64,000 bases of DNA from Podarcis muralis (taxonomy: Eukaryota), in NCBI RefSeq assembly GCF_964188315.1, contig NC_135662.1, forward strand, positions 51,460,001-51,524,000, written 5' to 3'. A program made the translations under genes and the position numbers. The notes beneath the pieces were generated by a model. The model saw only the letters and a list, made by a program, of their open reading frames with translations. It was not told the DNA's origin and ran no database searches. Shown here piece by piece: positions 28,268 through 43,200 of the stretch. Every line of letters begins with the position of its first letter. Position 1 is the first letter of the stretch.

Positions 28268-31200
28268 CTCCCTTCTCGCTCAGCCCTACATATAATACAC
28301 AATAACAAATGTTGCTCAGCTTGTTTACTTACTTGTCTACAAATACATTTGAAGCAGAACGTTTCAATCTTCTTTAGGTCAGAACCAGGTTGTGGTAATT
28401 CTGACTGAGTCAGATTAATTCTGCTGTAGCATCTAAGATAAATTTGGTCCCCTTTTATATTGCTGGATATATTGCCGCCATTCTGGCACCCTTGTTTGGA
28501 AGTAAGCACAACTAAAAGCAATAAGATTTATTTGCAAACTGACAACTGCTCTGTCCTGAACGTTTATGCTTTACTGCAGCAAGTCTTATCCCAGAATGGA
28601 CTAGAGAGCCAAAGACATGTGTCTCCAAATAACATCAGACTCAAATCTACCTCGATCATGTTAAAGGAAAGGGCAAGTGATAATTTAGTCCACCCCAAAG
28701 TCATTTTTACCCTAGCTCTGGTCAGATATGAGACATTTTACTAGAAAAAAAGTAACCTGGGAAAGGAAAGTACATAGTAAAATGGTGTGTTTCGTGTGCA
28801 CGTTCCTTCACTCTGTCTCACCCATTTCTCTGCTTGGTACTTTAAATCACACACTCCACCACTTAAGGCAGATCCAAGTTTGTGACCGCTGCCTGTAGTT
28901 TGAACCTTAGGAGCAGTTTATAAGCGATAAATACTCTACAGGTTGTTTGGATGTAAATTCAAAGTTCTGCTGCACAAGGACTTGGGAAAGACATTCTGTC
29001 AGCCTAAACCCTGCATCTATCAAATGAGAATCTTAGCAACCAGCATAATTTATAAAATGGGAGTCTTACATGTTGTGTAGGTGAATAGCATAATTACTTT
29101 GCACTTTAAGAACTATAGAAATGACAGGGAATAATAAATCAGTTAAAGTACAGTGCGGAGCTAATTAACAAAGATCTTTGTTTTGTCAGGTTTTAATCTG
29201 ATCATATTGCCCAGGCTTTTATAGTTTGCTCTGAGAGCTGAAGAGAGGCAGTGTAAATTCATGTAAATGTAACACACAATTTACTGGTATTATTCTGTTA
29301 CATCTGATGGCTATCAAAGGATTAGACTTTCATTTTATTGAGTTCCTTTCATGCACATCCTGTTTTGAAGTGTTTTACAGACCAATGAATCCAACTCTAG
29401 GAGTGCACTGGACTTGGTTTGTGTAAGAAAAAGTCAGCTATTGTGTAGCCGATGCCTGGGTTTGTGGAAGGTGTGGAGCGCTGACATGAAAAGTATAATG
29501 GAAATCTATTTAAAGTGTCTGGTAAGCATGATGGATAGAGTTATGGAAAAATCAATCTCCTTTTACATTTAGTTTTTATTACCAAGTTATGTTTTCATAT
29601 GATAGTCCCAAGGACTTACATATAGAGAGAGACCCATTTCCAGAGGGTAAATCAAAAAGTTCAAGAGCACCCAAAAGTCACAATAAAGGCAAAAAGAGGA
29701 TGCAATCGCTTTATTAAATGCAGCTTTCCCCCCAGAATCTTGATAAAAACTAAACAAAATTTCTGTGGAAGTGATTTTTATTGGGAATTTTACAAATGGA
29801 CTCTCCTGCATTGGATTGAACAGATGTAAGCCACATTAGCATAGAATCTCTTTTTACTTTTAAGGTAAGTTGGATCCTCCTAACAGAGGGTCCATGTTGT
29901 GCTCAGCCCTGAAACTTCCCTAACTGGCTTGTGGGCGGGGCTTGCCCCGCTCCAAGCCAGTGGTGCCACAGTTATGCCAATGGCCTTTAGCCAATCAGCA
30001 GCGTGGCAAGGTTGGGGGTATCTATTTGGCAGCACAACGTAGGGACCTCCTTTTGCTTCACGCTGCCACCTGGGGGCGAGCACCAGTCAATATACACTGA
30101 CGGAGATCCTCCTGCTAGTTGTTTACCCTTCCAGACTTCCTGCAGGGTGGGGCAGGAGCCAGATATAGTTTGATACCAATGCCTAAGCCAATACCAGTCA
30201 CACTTGTGTATTTTAATAAAGTTGTGGCCAAAATTTGCCCATTAACATTTAAACTAAATTCTGTCTCCACTGTGTCTTTATTTCCATTCAGGGTGGGTTT
30301 TGGGGCTCGAAGCACAACTATGTAGAGGGCTTTATGAAATCTTAGCCCTGGTTCATATATTTGGTCAGGATCAGTGCTGAGATATTGTTGGAGAAATATC
30401 AGTAGAGGCTGTTTCATTAGGTAGGGCAACCAGGGCTTAGTCTGACCAAACTAAATTTCCAGAACCTCCCGACTCAAGCAGACATCCACTCAATCTTAAC
30501 CCTGCTTGTCCCAGCAAATATACAACTGCTCATTTAGGTGCTAAGTACTGATGAAACGACAATGTTTTTAAGTCTCTACAGTTTCTCTGCAAAGAAGAAG
30601 GAAAGAAGAAGAACCAGAACAGGTGGAGGTTACACAACTTTCTTTCCCAGCATAGAACAATTCTGAAAAATATATATGGCATTTTTCTGTTTGGTTAGGT
30701 GCTGCCTATTTATAAACAGCAATGCTTAAGTGTCTGGAATATATTTGCAAGGGAGGAAGCTGAGGACCTGGCTATGCCACACCACATGACCTCTTAGAAG
30801 TCCCAACAGGTCTAGTGCACATCAGTTGCCACTGGGCGTGAGTCTATCCCCTTTACTAGGGAATTAGTCTTCAGTGTGAAACAAACCCTCTATTTGAGCA
30901 CACAACCTATGAAGGCCCAGTTCACATTATTTCTCCTCTTCAGAAATTGGTCAGGAAGAGCATACATGAAATGGGACCTGCTCCTGGCTGTTCATAAGGC
31001 CCAATTTCACATTATTTAGACACTAGGAGAGGATTTGCTTGAAAGAAGCTGGCACAGTGACTGAAAATATACGTGCTACCCTTTTAAAAGGGAGAACGCT
31101 AGACAGTCTAAAACCTGCAGTTTTCTGGCCCACCTGCTGCGTGTCTGGCAATGTTGATGTATTGTGTGGTGACCTTGGCATTTATGATTCACCTGAATAG

Positions 31201-34200
31201 CATTGTTATTGGTTTCTAGGGCCCCCACAATTCTTGTTTTCATCACGATGGCACTCGTATGAGGTTTGTGCCCTTATAGAGTGATCAATACACATTCCCT
31301 GCTCATTGTACATCAGCTTTCAATACCATGGGTTATTATGAGATGCTGGTGATGTTTCTGTGGAAGCTAACAGGCATTTGAGAGATCTTATCATGTCCCT
31401 CTTTGCAGACAAGATAAACATGAGGCTGCTAAGTGGTATGTCTTTAATGTACTGCTCTTACTTCTTTCTTTAAAAAGTCTGACCCAGATGTAGTCTGGAT
31501 ACAGTTGGCGAGCCAATAGAAGCTGGAGTACAGGATTAGTACACAGGACATTATATGTTTAAATCAAAATATTTATATACCACGTTTCATTAAAAAAATC
31601 CCAAGGTGGCATGCACCAGGATTAACAAAAGGAGGTAAATAACTTGTATAGAATGATCATAAAAGTGACTGGCTCATCTTAAAAGTTTAAACCACGGAAT
31701 AGTGGACTTTCCCCCCAGGATTCCAGTCAAAATAGAAGGGTTAAACCTCCCCTTTCTATGTACTGTGGTCTCAATCCTGATTCCAATTAAAAAAAACTCT
31801 GACATTCCTGCAAGCCATCCCTTTAACATCCTGCGTAGCTAGTCCTAAGTTTGAGTGAATCATAAGCAGGAGATATACAGAAGATAGGAGGATTCATGTT
31901 AGTGATTAGATTCAACCTCCTCTAGATATCTGGTGAGTAGTCTAGGGTACTCTTGGATTCAGTGACAGTAATTGGAATGGTAGCCGGTGATGGTGGACGT
32001 GAACTATTCTCATCAACTGTATCTGATTAAAATGAGCTATGACATTATATTTCAGTTTCACAGCTGATGAATGTCAACCACAATTTTGAACCTGCACAGT
32101 AATATTGTGCTTGCAGGAGAGAATACGAGAGGAGGGAGGCAGACAGACACACAGAAAGAAAAGGACTACAGCTCTTATTAACAACACAAACAAGCATTAT
32201 GGAAACCTGGCACTGAGAGGACAGGGAATGAAACAGGTAGAAGGTAAGAAGACAATGCAGATCAATTACAGAGTCAGTTGTTTCTGTTTTTGTCTCATTT
32301 CACAGTTTTACCAGTTCCATTTCTTCTTCAAAATTTGCATACCTGCCCCAATATATAAGTTCCAGTTTCAACAGTGGACAATGAAACACCTGTCCAGAGC
32401 AATGACCCATCTAAAGGGATGCCAAGCACTGATGAAAAACCCAGGATCATATGACTGATTTTTTTCCTCATGGTCATCCAAAGAAGCAGTCAACAAACAC
32501 CCACAGTGATAACAAAAGTGAAACAGAAAGCAATGCAGATGAGGAGATGCAACAAGACTAAGGTCAAAGCAAGGCTTCACTCTCCATTTACCTCCTGTGG
32601 TGGACTGGAAAGGAGAAGTACTCCAATGATATGAACCACTAAAATCAGCTGCCACTGAAAGAAATCATTCATCCCAGAGTACCTGTCCAAATAAGAAAAT
32701 CTTACACGATTTCAGGCAGCCAAGAAAGGATGAGCACTGGCAGATCTCAGCAGGGAGGAAAAGAGATCAACAAGACTTTTTCATCTTACCTGTCCAGCAC
32801 CTGCATTCTCACACACATATGTCTCATAGTAATCCGAAAATTCTGGCGCATGTTCGTTAACATCACGAACATGTATATAAACATTCACTTTCGATATTTG
32901 TTTGGGGTTCACTGAAGCAAAGGAAACAAAAGTAAGTATAAATAAAAGGCAAAAATGGCAGCTCATAGTCTATTGTGCGACCCTATAGTATGATATATAA
33001 TTTTGTCATTAAAATGCTTTGTTCAGCTCTAGAAGACGTGACTATTGTAAAAAAAGAGAACACCTCTCCTGTGAGACATACTGTGCCTTTGATTTCAGGA
33101 ACAAATAGTATGACTGTTACATATTATTATATGTCACAATGAAATAATAATAAATATAATAGTCATTTTGCATAGCATTATCCACTGTGCTGATACAATG
33201 TCTTCAATAGGGGTAACTGCTTAGCATTCCATGACTACCTGTGACTGAGTCACATACAGTACAACATTCTAGAGCATGTGACGAGTTCATTTAGGCAAGT
33301 TCCTCCTTTGATCAGCGCAAGCGGCAAATTGCCTATTTGAAAGAGCAATGAAAGAATAAACACCCCAAACAAATATTGCGTGGACAGGCGGAGTCCCCAG
33401 ATCCCGAGTGCCCCCCCCCGTCATGTGGAATAACGACTCTAGACAATGTGCTATGGGATTAAATTGGCCACAACTTTATTAAATTTCAAATGTGGGTAGA
33501 CCTTGGCTCAGGCATTGGGCGTTCTCCCTCCCCAGTCCCCAGCCGGGGACCTAGGGAGCTTCAGGGTTATCCAGTGTGTGTGTGGGGGGATGGGCTGGCT
33601 CTGGAGAACATATGTTCAAGCAGAGACAGCCGCCCCCGTTACGCCGCCGCCGTAGGGGAGAACAATGACGACCTTTCGGCGTACGGTCAAAGCCTCCCTT
33701 CCGAAACCCCCTTTAACAGGGAACCCTGGTATCGTCGCCGCAAAGAGGAAGATGGACTAAAGGATTCCGCCCAAGGCCTGATACCGCCAAAGTTGTGACG
33801 TTTTGCTACGGGAAAGGCGAAACCTGCCAATTCCTTTCCGGCCCTTTAACAGCGACCTTACGTAGCAGCGCCCGCATACCTGTGAAGAAAAGTTAACCTG
33901 CGAAACCTGTGAAGAAAATTTAACCTGCAAAATAAGACATTAACTGAGGGTGGGTAGGGTGGGAGAAGCTCTGGAGCCAAGTGAGGATTACCAGGTAAGA
34001 TCCTCCCTCTATTGTGTGGGCAGGTAATCCCTCCCCCTACCTGGCCTGGTTTCCCTGGCAACGCTTCCCCCAGGTGGGATTGGACAACTCACTGAGGTAG
34101 GCGGTGACCTCCAGGTATCCCACCTGAGGGAAGGCAAAGCCTATGCTGATGGGGCCACTCCAGATCCAGGGCTGCACGCGTCCACGCAAAGGGCGCCCCC

Positions 34201-37200
34201 CGTTTTAAGCGGGGAGCGGTCATTCCCTGATGTGACTTAAGACAAATGTTGTAGGTAAATGAACTGAGTAAGCAATAACTGAGATATGGACAAATGTGAA
34301 AGAAAATAACTGAAAACCAGAACCACTGAAGGAAGGAATTTACTTTCTTACTTTCCTTCTTTCTAGCAATTCTTTTACAGAAGATATGATAATTTTAAAT
34401 GCTTTAAAACAAATGAATCTTTTGCTTAAGACAGGTATGACAGAGTATTGGCAGTCCCACACTTAAATAAGCTTAGTTTTCAAGAAGTACTTGATAAAGC
34501 CATTTTTGTCTTTACTTGTAAAAGTAAATGAAATCTAAAATTCTCTACAATGGCTATCAACAGTTTTATTTATTCATGGGATTTTCTTAGTCTTTGGATA
34601 TTGTTCCATAAGTCAACATATCATTGCTTAGAAAAAGCAGAAAAGGCTAATTTTCCCTTATGTTGAAAAGAGGAAAGGGATTGTGGGAACTGGTTGTAAA
34701 ATTTGGACATATTGACAAGGTCAGTCATGCCAATGGAAATCTGCTATAATGAATAAATGAATAAAATTTATAATGAATAAAATTAAAAGCAAAAATAAAA
34801 CCCATATTTTGAATAAAGGCCTTTGTGACATTTTTTGACAAACAAATAATGCCAAATAGTTCTGTTTTGTTGTTTTGAACAAAATGTTTTAGGCTCTTTT
34901 ATCATAACACCTGCTGTTCCAAAGAGGAATTTTCTTCTTCTCCCCAATTAGCTGTGCCAATGTTTGATAACAACTAACGTGACTTGCTTTTAAGAAATGA
35001 GGGTAGGATTACAGAAATTAATTCAGTATTTTTTGAAAAACCTCTGGAGAACAAAGATGTCAAACTAGATTGCCTATGTTATGTAATGCATTTTTTTTAT
35101 ATTGACCAAATTAATATGGCAACTATCACTTCCCAGCTGAACAGCAAAATAAAAGCTAGCATACAGGTATAGAACTTCTTTCTGGATAGTTTATCTCTAG
35201 ATAGTTTCAGACAACCAGGCTTTTCCCAGTAATCTGTAGCTTTCCTGGTCAGCAAGGGATGAAAATCGTATGCACGCTGCACAACCAACTTTCCTAATAT
35301 CCTAATTCTGCCACAGATACCAGGAAACTGTACTTATTAAAGATGTCTGTAACTAATGGGGCAATCCCGTAGCAAGATCCTCTGGGGTGAGTAGTTTAGC
35401 AAGCAGTGGTTCAGCTACAGTTAAGTCCCCAACCCTGGTTTAGTCAAAGATACACCACTGTAACTTGCTCATTCTATTCAGGACTCAGTAAGTCACCCAA
35501 AAGTGATGTTCCAGGGGCATGGTGGGGTGGGACCAGAAAGGGAGGATTTAGGCTGCAACCTAAGCCCGTTCAGCTCAGTCACAAGACCGAGCAACCCAGC
35601 ACAGAATGCTATCTGGAAGTCTCTCTCCTCTGCTAGTCTTAGGCAGAGCAGCAGCAGCAGCCCCACTACTGAATGGGGTCTGGATCTGGTGTAAATTTAT
35701 GCCAGCTTAATTTACGCTGGCTCACTTTTCTTGTGCATAGGATTGCTCCCTAAATCTATTCTGATTTTCAGTGCCTATAAATCATTGCATACAGCAATCC
35801 GAGATTTTCTAAAATTTGAATTTTGTGAGAATTTGTGATTTCAGAAAAAAGATGAGAGATATGTAGAGACAGATAACAGACTACGGAATACTATTTGGGA
35901 TATTGCACAAAGAAGATCTCTTTATTGTCATTCCGTGTTGTTGTTTTAAAGGAAACAGAACAAAAGTGAAAATGAAGGTTCAAAATTTCACGCAATATGT
36001 TGGAATGTTGCAAGGTGGAAGGGAAAAAATGAGCTATATTATTTTGAGTTAAACTGAACTCAGTTTAAAATCTATTAGGATTCTATTTAAAAAATCTGTA
36101 TAGTTTTTCCATGCTGTAAGTAATTTTTATTTTGGTATAATTTAATTTGTGTGTGCATTATCCTTTATAATGAAAAGCCCACAGCTCATCTTTTTGACAA
36201 GACAATCTCAAGTTATCTGAAATTGTTCCCTTGTGGTTTTCATTTACTCTTTTTATTGCTAGGCACTAAGTTTCTGGCACACTGTTCCAGATTTACATTT
36301 TTGATTTTTTGGAATTACCTCCCTAAGGCAAGGTGACCTGTAAGTGAGAGCACAAACGAGGCAATTTGCATTTGATTTTGAGACAAAACTGACAGGTGAT
36401 ATCTATATAAGGTATGCTTTCCTGATTTAATTGCAACTGTATGGAAGTCTAGCTGATTAAAGCCCTGCTTTCACAATTAATTTGAGACACAGGTTTCTGA
36501 CTGGTGTTAAATTAAACCCTGGCTAATTTCATACCAGTCAAAAAATCTGCTGTGAAATTAACTGGGGTCTAATTTAACATAAGATCTTGTACCAGGAGAG
36601 CAGTTTTATATGCTTCGGTGTAACTTAAAACTGTTTTAGTTTCCATTATTTTCTTTTTTAAAAAAATGGTATAATATTTTATGAGAATCCAAGACTTGGG
36701 AGATCAAACATTATTTGGCTTCCAACTCATCATTTTAGCAATGCTACATACGGTAATGTTAGCTAGCAACGGTAAAATAATGAAAAAGTAGCTTATTTTC
36801 TCAGTTCAGAAAGAAGAGATATACTGAAGATAATTGCAAGGAATTCATGCCATCGCTCAAGCATAGGGTTCCTTAATGTCTTACTCACTTGATTCTGTGG
36901 CTGAGACGGTTATGTTGTGCCAAGCCGCTATCTCTCGGTCCAGAGGTTTGGTTATACTGATTGTTCCATTGTGTGCATTGATGCTGAAAAATCCCTTTAA
37001 ATGCTTGCTGTGGACAATAGAATACCTGCACATCAAAGTAGGGAAGGGGGAGATGGAGACTTTCTTAAGAACTGAACAAAAATGGTACTTCTGAAACAAG
37101 GCTATATAAGCTATTGTCAGTGAAGAAAGGAGAGTGGTGTAGATATGAATATGGATGTGTTCTCCAGCTGCTCAGAAATCATGAAAAATGTACACTGATA

Positions 37201-40200
37201 AACATTTAAAATTCACTGCTACCAAGATCAAAGCGCTTCTTTCTATGAAACTAAATATGCCTCAGACCTATATTAATGTGAACCAAATCTAAAATGCATT
37301 ATTCATTCTCATTGCGCAGGCAGACTCACAGCAGGTGAGTGACTCAATTCAAAAGAAACAGCGAAGTGCCACTTGTAAAAGGAGTAACACTGGCAACTTA
37401 GTTGGGATATAACCGCACATTTATTTCATCATGGTTGGCTTGATGCAGTGTCAAAGAAGCAGAGCAAAGGAGGAAGAGCTGAAAAGAGCCCCCTTGATAG
37501 TATGTATCCCACTTCCATTAAATAAAAAGAATAGGTCAGAAAATGGTGTTGCCAGGAAGTGGGGGGAAAGACCTTTGGGCTTACTTTTCACAAACTGTTT
37601 TGTAAGGCAGAATAAGGTTTTCCTACTTAAAAGACCTCCTTCTTAGTTTCCCTACAGTATTCCAGCACCCCCTCCCCAAAAACAAAAACTGGATATTTTA
37701 TAGAGGGAATTTTTATATATTTTTTAATATATACTTATTCTGTACCCTTGGAAAGGGAGCACTCAAAGATCATTTTTTTAAAAAAATGGCTTACATTAAA
37801 GCAGGCATCACCAAACATGGGGTCATTTGACATTTTGAGAAAATGCTGTTGTTTGCAGAGAAGGCAAAGCGTAACACAAAATGGCTGCCATGGGGACATG
37901 GCATAATGCTTGCCACAACTAAAACAACAGAAAAAATGGAACAAGACCATAAATGGTGTGGGCATGCACCTCAGCAATGAAGAAAAGGCACCTACACCAG
38001 CCACCACAATTCATCTCAGTCACTGAGATAAATTATTGGGACTTCTCTGTTCAGATGACATGTTCATTGGCAGAGAGGCTGGGCCAGTGCAAACAGGAAC
38101 TGAGCAGGAACGGCTAACAATCTCATATGTTGTGGATTTTTGAGGAAATATTTACTGAGATCTTTTGCAGATACTATTGGAAATGCTGACAGGTCCCATG
38201 ATAGGGACCCCTACAATGAGATTTTGCAGAGTGCATGAGATCTCATGAAATTTGGGTGAGATCTTTTCAAAATCAGTGCTGCTGCTGGTGGTGCTTCTCT
38301 GCCAGTGGGGTGGGCAGGGCAGCAGCAGGGCAGCACTTCCCATTTTACCTAAATTGGATGACAAAATGGGATGTGCCACTCCTGATTAAAAGGTAAAGGT
38401 AAAGGTACCCCTGCCCGTACGGGCCAGTCTTGATCACTGCTCTGGCGAGCCAGAGCCGCACACGGAAACGCCGTTTACCTTCCCGCTAGTAAGCGGTCCC
38501 TATTTATCTACTTGCACCCGGGAGTGCTTTCGAACTGCTAGGTTGGCAGGCGCTGGGACCGAACAACGGGAGCGCACCCCACCGCAGGGGATTCGAACCG
38601 CCGACCTTTCGATCGGCAAGCCCTAGACGCTGAGGCTTTTACCCACAGCGCCACCCGCGTCCCCCCACTCCTGATTAGATAACCCATTAAAAGCAGCTAC
38701 TATTGAAAGAAATCATACATCCCAGAATACCTGTCCAAATAAGCAATTCTTATCAGATTTGTGGCAGCCAAGAAAACATGAGAAGTAACTCTGTTTCAAA
38801 ATGCTTGTATTGTTTAATAACCCCATTTTCTTTCCCAGGATTCACTTTACTTCACAAACTATAAAAGCAGTTATATTTATAAATCAGCAGTTCTTTCCAA
38901 ACAGCAAATGTGCAACTAAACACTGAATGTGCAGAGTCTGGATATGCACACAGAGGTCCCCCTATAGCAAGGCTTTGCCATTGTATTTAAGGGAAACAAA
39001 GCTCCATAAATGTACCATTTTAAACACAAACAGGAGAGCCTCAACTGAATTAATGGGGAAGTGCCATACACCTCTCAGACGGAACATACAGGTCTAGATT
39101 TGAGCTGCTGTCTTCAGTGTTATTCAAGAATCTATGACAATCTCAGCTGGAGAAGGATCTCTTGAAGCTGCACCTGATTGAACTGTTGACACTGTCTGGA
39201 TCTCTGGAACTCACAACTCCTACAAATGAATCATTCAAATCCCCTTCATCAATCTCCATCACAAATTCATCTAACGTGAAAATGGGAGGCTCATCAACAT
39301 CCTTCACTCTGATCCTAAGAGAAGTTGTGTCTTCAAATGGCCCATCTTTTAGGAAGCGCTCATCTATGTGCCTGTTGAAACCTTTCACTTTCATATTATA
39401 TATGCTTTGATTCTCATAATCCAATATCTGTATGTAAGAAAAGGAAGGGGGGGGGAGTAGAATAGTTTCCATTCAGCATTAGGAAGCTCATAATAAGTGT
39501 AGAATTAAAGACAATAAACATATTAATGGTTCATCTTTGCCTTACCTCTCTTTGCTTTTACTATTAAGTTTACTCCTTTAGTTTCCTGGTGTTTTTGATG
39601 ATCAATCATTGGGCTGGAGCCTGGCTTTAGGAGTCTGCTCCTTCCCTGAGCTCTTCCTCTTGGCATTTTGCTGTATGCTCCCTCCGTATATGCAGTGTGG
39701 GCTTTGGCTAGGTGCCTTTTAGAAGAGGCTGAGCAGGATTTTTTGGGGGGTGGGGGGTTCCTTCATTGCCCATTAAGGTACCTCCTTATTTGCCTACTCC
39801 ACACTGGGGACAATTTGGCTGGCATTCTGGGGAGTGGCATAGATTAACTGCTCATGGAGCATTGAGCCTGGGCATGTGAGGAAGCTGGGGGAAAAAACCT
39901 TAGGTATATTGAGGCATTACCAGGTTAAGGGCCCACTTTATGGATCCACCTGTGTTTTAGGTGTGGTGGCTTTGGGGAGGTGCCCTGTATGCCTGACATA
40001 CATATTATGGATGGGCACTGGGCAACAGGGCCTGGGTACACATGGGTAGCTCATACTCAAGGCTCACCCAGCAAAAAAAGGCATTGTTTCCTCCTCATCC
40101 TTTGCTGGGGAGCCACAACCTACAGCTGTATCCCATGCCCAAGGGTCTGAAGGGATGCTTCCCTACCATAGACAAAATTATCAGCTGACCACAGTTTCTG

Positions 40201-43200
40201 AATGTGGTTAATTTGGTTTGTTGTTCCTGCAAGGTGTTGCATTAATTAAAATGCCATTGTCCCATGTTTGATCTCATGAATTTGTGTGGGTCTAGGGCCA
40301 TACTTTTCTGCATACAGCCAATCTATCCTGGATCATGCCGGAGTTTGGCATACGTCTGAGAGAAGATTTTCTTCTTCAAAACAGCCCTTTATATTGCATT
40401 GATATTTTATCATGACCAACAACACAAGGCTATAACAAGCAAACGTACTTAATCTTGTCTGTTTCAATGATTTCTGTGGTATTTCTTTGTCAAGTAATGG
40501 CTGACGTCTCACCTTGTTTAATATGACAGTTCCTTCTTGAGTCTCATTGTTAGTAACGATGCGAACAATGTGAGGAGTGTCTCCTTCTATTACATAGTCC
40601 ATGGCAGCATTCTCTCCCAGGTCACTGTCATCTGCCTTGATTTTGCCTAGAATGCTGCCCACGGGTGCTGCCTCAGATGCATACATTTCATAACGCTCTT
40701 GAAGAAACAACCAAATATCAGAGAAAGTTGCCAACACAATCTTGATCACCGACATAACAACTAAATGTAGACCACTTTTTATTCTGAAAATTGCCCAGTT
40801 ACACAAGATGTATGGCTTGGGGGTGGGGGAGCTTATGTCATAAGCTCATTTTCTTTTGTGAAGCTTGGCAGCCTTGACTTGGATCATCCATTCATGAGTT
40901 TCAACATTCATGAGCCAATTCAACATTCCAGTTGTTTATAAGTTCACTTGCTTGCTTGTGTGCAATACAAAAACTCAATTGAACAATGACATATCAATTG
41001 TCCAACAACCAATTTCAAAGAGGGGAAATGAAAAATACAACTAATTGTGACTGAAACATCCAAGACTGACTTCATTTTTAAGGAAGACTGGAAAGATGTA
41101 TGATGCTTTGCAACACAATACCTCAATATATTTCATTAGCTAAGCATCTAGAAATGGTCCCTAAGCAGTTGTGGGTTGTTTCGTATTGAAAGTAATACAT
41201 TCTACATCCTCTAATGATGTGTTCAGTGTAAACACATCATTAGGTCACTTTATGATGCTCATGTCTAGAATATTTTTCCTTGTGCTTTCATTGCACAGTA
41301 GCAACCTAGTACCCACTAAAATTAAAGGTTTCAAACATTCTGCCTTCTGAGGCTCATTCCAGATCACTTTGTCTTTTGAGGAACATGTGGAGAAGGTTTG
41401 GAGGAAATGTCATTACATGTGCACACAATTCACTGTACTGATCAGGACTGCTGGACCTCACCATTGCTCTACTAGAACTGAAAGTGCACCCAAAATTATA
41501 CTCAGCACCACCCTGCACATGAGAAAATTGTTCACAGCATTGTAGGAGAGGAGAGAAAATTGCAGGCTGTCTGTCTTTTAGGGAAACACATTTCCATGAC
41601 TGCTTTTTTTTTAACTGAGGAACACCTGATAAGTTTTTAGAGAATCCAAGTAGTGAAAACCACTACCATAAATTACAGATTTTCTGTTATTAAAAATCTA
41701 AGGTGTACTATGCCTTGCCTGCTAGATTGCACTGAGATGTGTTGGTCCCAAGTTACTCAGTTTATATTTATCACTTAATTAGTTGGTCCTCAGAGGATTT
41801 TTGTCCTTAGCAAAACCTCATTTTATCCTTGTCGGTATAACAACACTAGTTTCAAAAATATAGGCTGCTATCCCCAAGAGAGGTGGAAATTGTATTAGGT
41901 GTTCAACGGAAGAGTTTCTTTCTATTTTAAATATCTGTATAGAAAGTGATAAGGCTGAGACAAAATGGCAGGGAACATGTTTTGTGTGAGTTTTACCTCC
42001 TCCAAAAAGAGATGCTCCCTCTTTCAGCAATGGGAAATACCAATATGGGAAAAAAATATTTGTAGCATGGTTCTCTCTCTAACACCCATTCAAGATAAAA
42101 GCGATGCTCCTGGACCTTATTCTGAATTGCCTTTTTGTGATGCAGTAAAATCTAAGCGGCTCTGTGGTATTTTTACATAATCAAATGTATTAGGTGATCC
42201 CTGTTTGGTTAGAATCATTCAAGGAAGGGGAAGACATAGTGGAGAGGTACATGGCACTAAAGCAGCAGTGAAGAAAAATAATTTTTCAGGATTCTCCATG
42301 TATACTCTAAACATTTTCACAGGGTGACTATTGGAAGAACTGTTTGTTCAAATGAAGCAGCTGCTTGCCTGGTGATGGACATGCAACTAAAGAAGAAACA
42401 GTTGCAGTTTTCTGACTGTGTTTTCTTTACAGGTTGCTCTATGCTTTTATTTTTTATAGCTATTTAAACATAGTGACTACATCTATGTTACCAAGACAAA
42501 ATTGACAGTACAAATTTAAAGTAGTGAGAAAAGACTGAATTTGTAGCAGTAGTAGAGTTCTAGATGCCTCAGTTAAGAATTCACAGAAGTACATTTCTCA
42601 AAGTTCCTTTATCTAAATTATAAACGTTCCAACGAAATGGCTTATGGAGTCTGGACACACTGGGTTTACCTTCCTTTGGCATTAATTATACTATCAATGC
42701 AATGTTTCTTTGAATGGGTTATAAAGAGACAATGACATTTAATCAAGGAACATAATGCAATATAAAAACATTAATTTTTAAGTTTTGTACAAAAGTATTT
42801 CACATATAACATATGTTTTATTTATCAGAATTAGTTGGTCTGAATTTGCTCCCAACATTTAAAAAAAATATATGAACCAAAAGACATTTTACTCACTCTG
42901 CTGAAATCGAGGAGGATTGTCATTAACATCAGAGAGGTTGATAGTTACAGTTGTGGTAGCTGTAGGGACACCTGCTTCACCAACTCTGGCTTGAATGACA
43001 ACAAAGCACTGATCCTGTGTTTCTCTGTCCATTGGGTAAGCCGTTCTTACTACCCCTGCAAAATATACAATATTTACAGCACAGTTAGATGTCAATGAGA
43101 CCTGCAGCCTGGCAAGCATGTACAGCACTGGAATCTTAAAGTTCAAACTATTTTTCTCACACCAACGCATGAGAGTATTTTATCATACCATTGCCCCAGT

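Noticed and set aside
33241-33253. Palindrome GTGACTGAGTCAC containing an AP-1 site; also scattered SOX-like motifs
   Set aside because: Short motifs are expected by chance in 64 kb, and no conservation data are available.
39560-40330. GC-richer block as an old member of the hairpin element family
   Set aside because: The diagnostic motifs and terminal pairing could not be found.
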